Assembly: GCF_009914755.1 (NCBI RefSeq)
Contig: NC_060927.1
Length of the DNA: 64,000 nucleotides
Source of the DNA: the human T2T-CHM13v2.0 reference genome, Homo sapiens
Strand: one strand, 5' to 3'
Shown piece by piece: positions 57,046-64,000 of this stretch (position 1 is its first letter; every line of letters begins with the position of its first letter). The notes beneath the pieces are model-generated. The model was not told the DNA's origin. It ran no database searches and saw only the letters and a list, made by a program, of their open reading frames with translations. Both the position numbers and the translations under genes were made by a program.

Positions 57046-57951
57046 CTTTGTGGTTTTATCTACTTTTGGTCTTTGATGATGGTGATGTACAGATGGGTTT
57101 TTGGTGTGGATGTCCTTTCTGTTGGTTAGTTTTCCTTCTAACAGACAGGACCCTCAGCTGCAGGTCTGTTGGAGTACCTGGCCTTGTGAGGTGTCAGTCT
57201 GCCCCTGCTGGGGGTGCCTCCCAGTTAGGCTGCTCGGGGGTCAGGGGTCAGGGACCCACTTGAGGAGGCAGTCTGCCCGTTCTCAGATCTCCAGCCGCGT
57301 GCTGGGAGAACCGCTGCTCTCTTCAAAGCTGTCAGACAGGGACATTTAAGTCTGAGGAGGTTACTGCTGTCTTTTTGTTTGTCTGTGCCCTGCCCCCAGA
57401 GGTGGAGCCTACAGAGGCAGGCAGGCCTCCTTGAGCTGTGGTGGGCTCCACCCAGTTCGAGCTTCCCGGCTGCTTTGTTTACCTAAGCAAGCCTGGGCAA
57501 TGGCGGGCGCCCCTCCCCCAGCCTCGCTGCCACCTTGCAGTTTGATCTCAGACTGCTGTGCTAGCAATCAGGGAGACTCCGTGGGCGTACGACCCTCCGA
57601 GCCAGGTGTGGGTTATAATCTGCTGCTGCGCCATTTTTTAAGCTCGTCAGAAAAGCGCAGTATTCGGGTGGGAGTGACCCGATTTTCCAGGGGCCGTCTG
57701 TCACCACTTTCTTTGATTAGGAAGGGAACTCCCTGACCCCTTGCGCTTCCCGAGTGAGGCAATGCCTCGCCCTGCTTTGGCTCGTGCACGGTGCGCGCAC
57801 CCACTGACCTGCGCCCACTGAATGGCACTCCCTAGTGAGATGAACCCGGTACCTCAGATGGAAATGCAGAAATCACCCGTCTTCTGGGTCGCTCACACTG
57901 GGAGCTGTAGACCAGAGCTGTTCCTATTCGGCCATCTTGGCTCCTCCCGCC
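57046..57951. promoter_or_regulatory. L1 5'UTR: sense promoter (minus) and antisense promoter (plus)
   Basis: The main CpG-rich block in the window; YY1 site GCCATCTTGG at 57931-57940 is intact. Confidence 0.75.
57500..57736 (+). CDS. L1 ORF0 (antisense ORF in the L1 5'UTR), open, 78 aa
   Basis: MAGAPPPASLPPCSLISDCCASNQGDSVGVRPSEPGVGY... matches primate ORF0; ATG context GCAATGG. Expression not shown. Confidence 0.7.
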   Translation: MAGAPPPASLPPCSLISDCCASNQGDSVGVRPSEPGVGYNLLLRHFLSSSEKRSIRVGVTRFSRGRLSPLSLIRKGTP

Positions 57952-58097
57952 TTTTAATTATTTTAAACTAAAACAACGACTAAGTCATATGAAAGAAAAA
58001 TTACCTTTTAAACTTTTACCATTTTAGATGAAATTTAATATATATATATGTTTTTTTAAAAAAAAATGTATGATTGCTCTTAAAATTCAAAGAGCTA

Positions 58098-58435
<338 letters not shown>

Positions 58436-58747
58436 TCAGTGTTCGGTGATTGATACAGGAGAAAAGGGAATGGATAATTATTTCTCTTCTGAGGTCAAAA
58501 TTACAAATAGAGAGTCATTTTTTTCTCTCTTCAGATCTGCAATACTTAGAAACTATTTCTAAGTAAATAAAATCACCAGGTGTTTTAGTTTGGCAGTTTG
58601 AATATGCTATTTGAGTAATTGTTAGGAATGTCTGAAACAGAGGGTCACAGAGCAGGGCATGGCAAGGACGGATTAGAAAAGAAGGATGGTGAACAAGGAA
58701 AAGGACTATGGGCAGGAGGAATGGACTTCAGGGAACAGTCCTAGAAC

Positions 58748-60000
58748 TCATTCATTCATTCATTTGCCTGCAGTGCGCCCGGCTCTGTGTCAAGCCCTGG
58801 AGACACACCATGGTGAACACGATGCAGCCCCTGTTCTCTGTCACAGTTGAGTGTGATATAAAGAAGGAAACAGGTCATTTCAGTGTAGCCTATTAAGTGT
58901 AGGGTGCTGTGGAGACACCTCTCTCAGACTTGAAAGGACCAGAAGTGGCGTGAGGTGAGATCCAAGCTAAGCCCCGAAGCAGGGATAAGAGTTCCACCGG
59001 AAGGAAACAGCAGCCAGGTTCCAGGAGGTGGGAGTGCATGGCAAGCTCCGGGTGATGGCATGTGGCTCAATATGGGTAGAACTTTGAAAGTGAGAATGAG
59101 CAAAGAAACATCAGCTGTAAAGGCAAGCTGGACTAGGTCAGGAAGAGTCTTACATGTTTATGTGAAGGAAGGAATTTGGAATTTTTCATTAATACATTGA
59201 GGGACTATTAAAGAGACTCCCTTTAGGAGAAGGACATGAGCAGATATTTGTTGAAAATTAAAGTCAGCAAAGCTATAGGTAAGAAGATCAGACAGCTGAA
59301 CCAACCTTGTGGGGCTGGAGAGGAGTAGACTCTTTGTAAGAGGTAGAAGGGACAGATTTTTGAGAGATTAGATGTCAGGGTGAACAGCTGATTGCAGTGA
59401 TTTCCGTTTATGAAGAGAAACTTGCAAAGAAAGATAGGCTTTCCAGATGCTTATGTGAAGGGAAGGGATGTCTAGTTTCTATTCACCAGGCTCTGACATA
59501 ACTCCACAAGGGTATGGTGGAGGCAGAGGCCTGGCCCAGACAAGATATTTTCTCGAGAGGATAGAAATTAAAGACATGTGAGTCATAGTGAGGTAGAGAA
59601 GCCAGAGGTGATAGACATGTTGGAACAATTTGTAAGTTCTTTCTAGGAAACTAATCCTGAGGTTTAGAAGCAAGAATATTAGGAACCAGGTCACTTAGTG
59701 AAGCACATCGTTGGGTGTGGAGGCTGTGAACAAATGACACTATCAAGCAGCCTGGTTCTTGGATCCTAGCTGCATTAGGCAGTACCATAGCCTAAGGGCT
59801 AGAGGCCAGTTTGTACAAAGAAAGAGGACTAGCTAAAGGAGAGTGAGAATTCAGGCAGGTCTTTAGACTTGAGATTGTGTATAGACTGAAGGAGTAGAAT
59901 AAACTATTGACAGTTCATCAAAGTAACTAAAAGACTAATGGCTCAGGATAACTGGAGGGAAACATATAGATTGGGAGTGTGGTGAGGGAAGGAGTTGACC
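58748..60000 (-). mobile_element. L2 fragments
   Basis: (CATT)n L2 tail in reverse at 58749-58763 followed by a purine-rich L2 body. Confidence 0.6.
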
Positions 60001-60134
60001 TTGAATCTCTACCTTTGAAAGAAAACAGAAGAAGAAAATAAACTTTGAAAGTGGCAGGGAAGATGAGAATTTGGGAGGGTTCAGGAAAATTAACACCTTC
60101 TTGCTAGTTAAGCAGGAGGCAAAGGTATTTTCTT

Positions 60135-60137
60135 TCA

Positions 60138-60181
<44 letters not shown>

Positions 60182-60944
60182 CTTTAAGTTTTAGGGTACA
60201 TGTGCACAACGTCCAGGTTTGTTACGTATGTATACATGTGCCATGTTGGTGTGCTGCACCCATTAACTCGTCATTTAGCATTAGGTATATCTCCTAATGC
60301 TATCCCTTCCCCCTCCCCCCACCCCACAACAGTCCCCGGTGTGTGATGTTCCCCTTCCTGTGTCCATGTGTTCTCATTGTTCAATTCCCACCTATGAGTG
60401 AGAACATGCGGTGTTTGGTTTTTGTCCTTGCGATAGTTTGCTGAGAATGATGGTTTCCAGCTTCATCCACGTCCCTACAAAGGACATGAACTCATCATTT
60501 TTTATGGCTGCATAGTAGTATTCTATGGTGTATATGTGCCACATTTTCTTAATCCAGTCGATCATTGTTGGACATTTGGGTTGGTTCCAAGTCTTTGCTA
60601 TTGTGAATAGTGCCGCAATAAACATACGTGTGCATGTGTCTTTATAGCAGCATGATTTATAATCCTTTGGGTATATACCCAGTAATGGGATGGCTGGGTC
60701 AAATGGTATTTCTAGTTCTAGATCCCTGAGGGATCGCCACACTGACTTCCACAATGGTTGTACTAGTTTACAGTCCCACCAACAGTGTAAAAGTGTTCCT
60801 ATTTCTCCACATCCTCTCCAGCATCTGTTGTTTCCTGACTTTTTAATGATCACCATTCTAACTGGTGTGAGATGGTATCTCGTTGTGGTTTTGATTTGCA
60901 TTTCTCTGATGGCCAGTGATGATGAGCATTTTTTCATGTGTTTT
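60135..60944 (-). mobile_element. 5'-truncated LINE-1 3' fragment, L1PA4-like
   Basis: ORF2 C-terminus plus 3'UTR and (TAA)n tail. Terminal diagnostics CATTAACTCGTCATTTAGC and CTCCTAATG are older than L1PA3. Possible short TSD TTTTCTT at 60128-60134 and 60941-60947. Confidence 0.93.
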
Positions 60945-60969
60945 CTTAGAGTGACAAGGATTGCAGGGG

Positions 60970-61660
60970 AAGGGCAGTATGGGGACATGATTGAAAGCTC
61001 AGGCTCTAGGGAACGGAAGACCTTGTTTTCATTCCTGGTCCCATCATGTGCTGGCAGAGTGGCCTTGGGCATGCTGCTTAAGGTTTGTCATTCTCAGTTG
61101 CTTTATACTTAAGGTATATTCATTGTAGGATCTTTCGCCTAGAGTTGTATTAAGGATTACAGAAATTAATTCATGTAAAGTGTTTAGCATGTAGCAAATG
61201 TTCAATAAAATTTGTGATGATGAAGCAATATTGTATAATGGTCAAGAACCAGACTGTGAAGCCAGACCGCTGAGTTCAAATATTAGCTTCACCAATTTCA
61301 TGCTAGTAGTGTGATTTATAAACATAATTCATAGCTCACCAAGTGCTCAGTAAATATGTATTCAACTGCATTGACAATAAATATGGAGACTCCATGAACT
61401 TGTCTTCCTGTGCTTTGAGTTCTTGCCAATGTCATGCTTATGTTCTACCCATTTGACGAATGGATACAGTAAAAACCTTTGTTAATTTATACACTAAAGG
61501 AAGCAAAATATGTTATCTCTGCCTCAGGTTTCTCATCTGTAAAAAAAAAAAAAGGGGATAATAGTACCTACCTTTTAGGCTTATTGTAAGTTAAGAGAGT
61601 TAATAGATATAATCTCTTAGCTCTGGTACATAGGAAGCATTATATATGTCTAGCTAGCAT
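60970..61660 (+). mobile_element. Cluster of MIR fragments
   Basis: GCCTTGGGCATG..AAGGATTA..ATGTAAAGTGTTTAGCA; CTCAGGTTTCTCATCTGTAAAA..GATAATAGTACCTACCT. Confidence 0.65.
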
Positions 61661-62259
61661 TGTCACATTTATCCCTGCTCACCATCATCAGTAGGAGTTG
61701 AGAAACAGAATTTATAATGGGCACGGTGGGATTGACTATGTAACTGAGTAAGACAAGTAAAAAGGATAAAAGTAAAGAACAAGTGATAAAGCACTTAGGA
61801 CCAACCTGAGATTGAAAACTTTTGTAGTAGGGTCAGAACACAGGAGCAGCCAGAAACCTGGGGATAGACCTGAGAAGAAAAATGGTTGGAGAAGTTTAGA
61901 GTTAGGGTTTATTACTGGACCATTTGTGAAACTATAAGAGAGCCAGTGAGCTGAAGGTATAATAGTACGCTGTTTTGAGAGAATAATGAAAGTCATTGAC
62001 AAATAACCAGAGAAAGGAATAAAGGAACATGTTTTAGACAGCTGTTTGAAAGTGACTTTGATTTTATTGTATTTATTACATTGCCTTGTCAATTTGCTTG
62101 TTTCTTTTCTCTCTCCTTTCCCATCCAAACAACCTTTCCTGGCTTCTTATTTCTTCTTCTCTGCATATTTCAAGCCTTTTGTCCATTCTGCCTTGTAGCA
62201 AAACAACATAAAGAAACGCATAATAAGAAAACAGAGAAGTATTGTTTCTATGTTCAATT

Positions 62260-62720
62260 CTCCACATATTCACTGAACATCTATTCCCTGTCTAGCACAG
62301 AAATCTTTGCTCTGACAGATCCAAAAAAAGCATCTGGCATGTTCATTACCCTCAAGGGTCTCTGTGGGAGGAATTCACATGAAATCATTATACATACATT
62401 GTACAGGAAAATGATAATTGTCATACAATCAAGTGTCAAAAATTATGGCACAGCCATTAAGTGTTGCAGTGATCAAAAAAGGTGCTCAGAAAGGAGAGAG
62501 ACATGAGCTGAGGCAAACACAGCCTTTTAGAAATGGATGTTCAGAGAGGCCTTTCATAGAGAGGGAGAATGGGGGTGTGGGGGACGGTGTGCAGGCCTGG
62601 GAGAGCAGAGAAAGGACTGCGCAGAAGCATGTGGCGGGTGTGGAGAGCAGGTCAGGCACCAGCCCAGCAGGAGGTGAGTTGAATGGGAGGTAAGACTGGA
62701 CACTTAACCCTTCCAGAGCA
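62260..62720 (-). mobile_element. L2 fragment
   Basis: ATATTCACTGAACATCTA..CCCTCAAGG..AGGCCTTTCATAGAG. Confidence 0.5.
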
Positions 62721-63724
62721 TAGCTCAGCAGGTGATCAATACGTATGTGTTCAGCTGCATTGAGAGTAAAGGAGGAGGAGACACCCATGAGCTAATCTTC
62801 TTGTGTTTCAGCTTCTTGTCAATGTGATCATTATGTCCTAGCCATGTAATAAGTGCATATAATAAAAACCTTTGTGAATTTGTAAACTGAAAGAGGCAAA
62901 TACTGTTTTGTTAGGTCCACTGAAGAATAGAAATTTGGTGACTTTTTGATTAAGAATGTAAACACCTCTGTAAAATTATAGGAAAACAGAAGGTTGCATT
63001 TTTGGAAGGTGTGGTGGGGAACATAGTCCTAGCTTGCTACTGACTTCTCTATGTATATAGCTTTTCCTCCTCAAGCCACCTCTTTGGATGCCTTGTCTCT
63101 TTCAAGGTAGCTTTCGTCTCTGTTTGTAGCCTAGAACAGCATTCCATTTGAGAACCATGTTAAGCTGTCCCAAGGCTAAGTGTCGTGGAGTGCAGGTATT
63201 AGAGATCTTAAAACTACATATTTCTTTATGAGTTAAAGGCAGAGGGACCAGAACTGCCAGTACAGCTAAGCCCTTCTTTGAATAGTGGGTGCCTTATTAG
63301 TATTCATGAAGAGCATATCGATAACATCTTGACAGAGTTAAAGTTTCAACTTGAAGAGCTACTGCTTTTCAATAAGGAGCATATTTAAAGACACTTTTTG
63401 CATGACTAGTGAGTGAATTGCTTCTAAAATGAGAGTATTACTTTATTGAATGAGATATTTTTCATGTACTTTGTCTACAGTTTAGAATTGTCATTAGAAT
63501 TACAAGAAATAATAATGATTAGCACTTGTAGGGCTTTTATCTTCAAAGAGTTTTAGAGTTAATCTAATTTAATTGTCACTTGGCATCATCAGAGATGTGT
63601 ATTTGCTTTTCTACCATGAAAAGTGGTGTTCCCTTACCAGCCCCTTAATGCTTCCTTTTGGTATTTTCATGGTCTATGAGCTGTTTGTTCTATAGGAAAT
63701 AGAGAGTTGGCAGATTGAAGAGCT

Positions 63725-63945
63725 TTGTATTATAGCTCTTTTTCCCAGGTAAGCATTTGGGTTCTTTGAGCTGGGTTTCCTGGGTCCAGTTCTGGTTCCT
63801 CTACTTGCCATGTTATCCTGTGCATGTTACTTAACCCTGTTGCTTTAAGTGGAATTCATCACAGTAACTGCATCAGAGTGTTTTTGTGAGGATTAAATGA
63901 GAAGGTAAATATGTAGCAGTTAAATATTTAATAAATGTTAGTTGC
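63725..63945 (+). mobile_element. MIR
   Basis: CCTGGGTCCAGTTCTGGTTCCTCTACTT..GTTACTTAACC..TTGTGAGGATTAAATGAGA. Confidence 0.7.
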
Positions 63946-64000
63946 ATATCAGAATTTTAAAAAAAATTTAGGAGCATGTCATTCTGAGAAGTCATATGTG

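Noticed and set aside
60392-61072. 226-aa ORF fusing unique sequence to the L1 ORF2 C-terminus
   Set aside because: Chance read-through from flanking MIR/L2 sequence into the L1 fragment; no promoter or splice support.
61736-62788. Overlapping 90-140 aa ORFs
   Set aside because: Lie in decayed L2 or low-complexity sequence; no homology recognised.

Overview
Primate (almost certainly human) AT-rich intronic DNA. There is no prokaryotic content and no intact cellular coding exon. One 74-nt spliced exon (5555-5628, + strand) matches, from memory, a 5'UTR exon of BBX, so the window is probably BBX intron-exon-intron with the first coding exon beyond the right edge. The rest is transposon-derived or unique intronic sequence: a full-length but inactivated L1PA3-like LINE-1 (51901-57951, minus), an L1PA4-like 3' fragment (60135-60944, minus), Alus, MaLR solo LTRs, hAT/Tigger MITEs, MIR, L2 and old L1M pieces. 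Most notable: (1) the two L1 copies share private mutations over about 600 bp while their extreme 3' ends belong to different subfamilies, suggesting local L1-to-L1 gene conversion; (2) the full-length L1 keeps an open ORF0 and an antisense promoter pointing along the host gene, with splice donor 1 intact and donor 2 destroyed; (3) uORFs in the 5'UTR exon; (4) a candidate distant-branch-point exon, recursive-splice-like AG|GTAAG sites, same-orientation CTCF-like motifs and several short paired duplications. I see no convincing new multi-gene system. All alignments were done by eye, subfamily calls come from remembered consensus sequences, and boundaries of old repeats are approximate.
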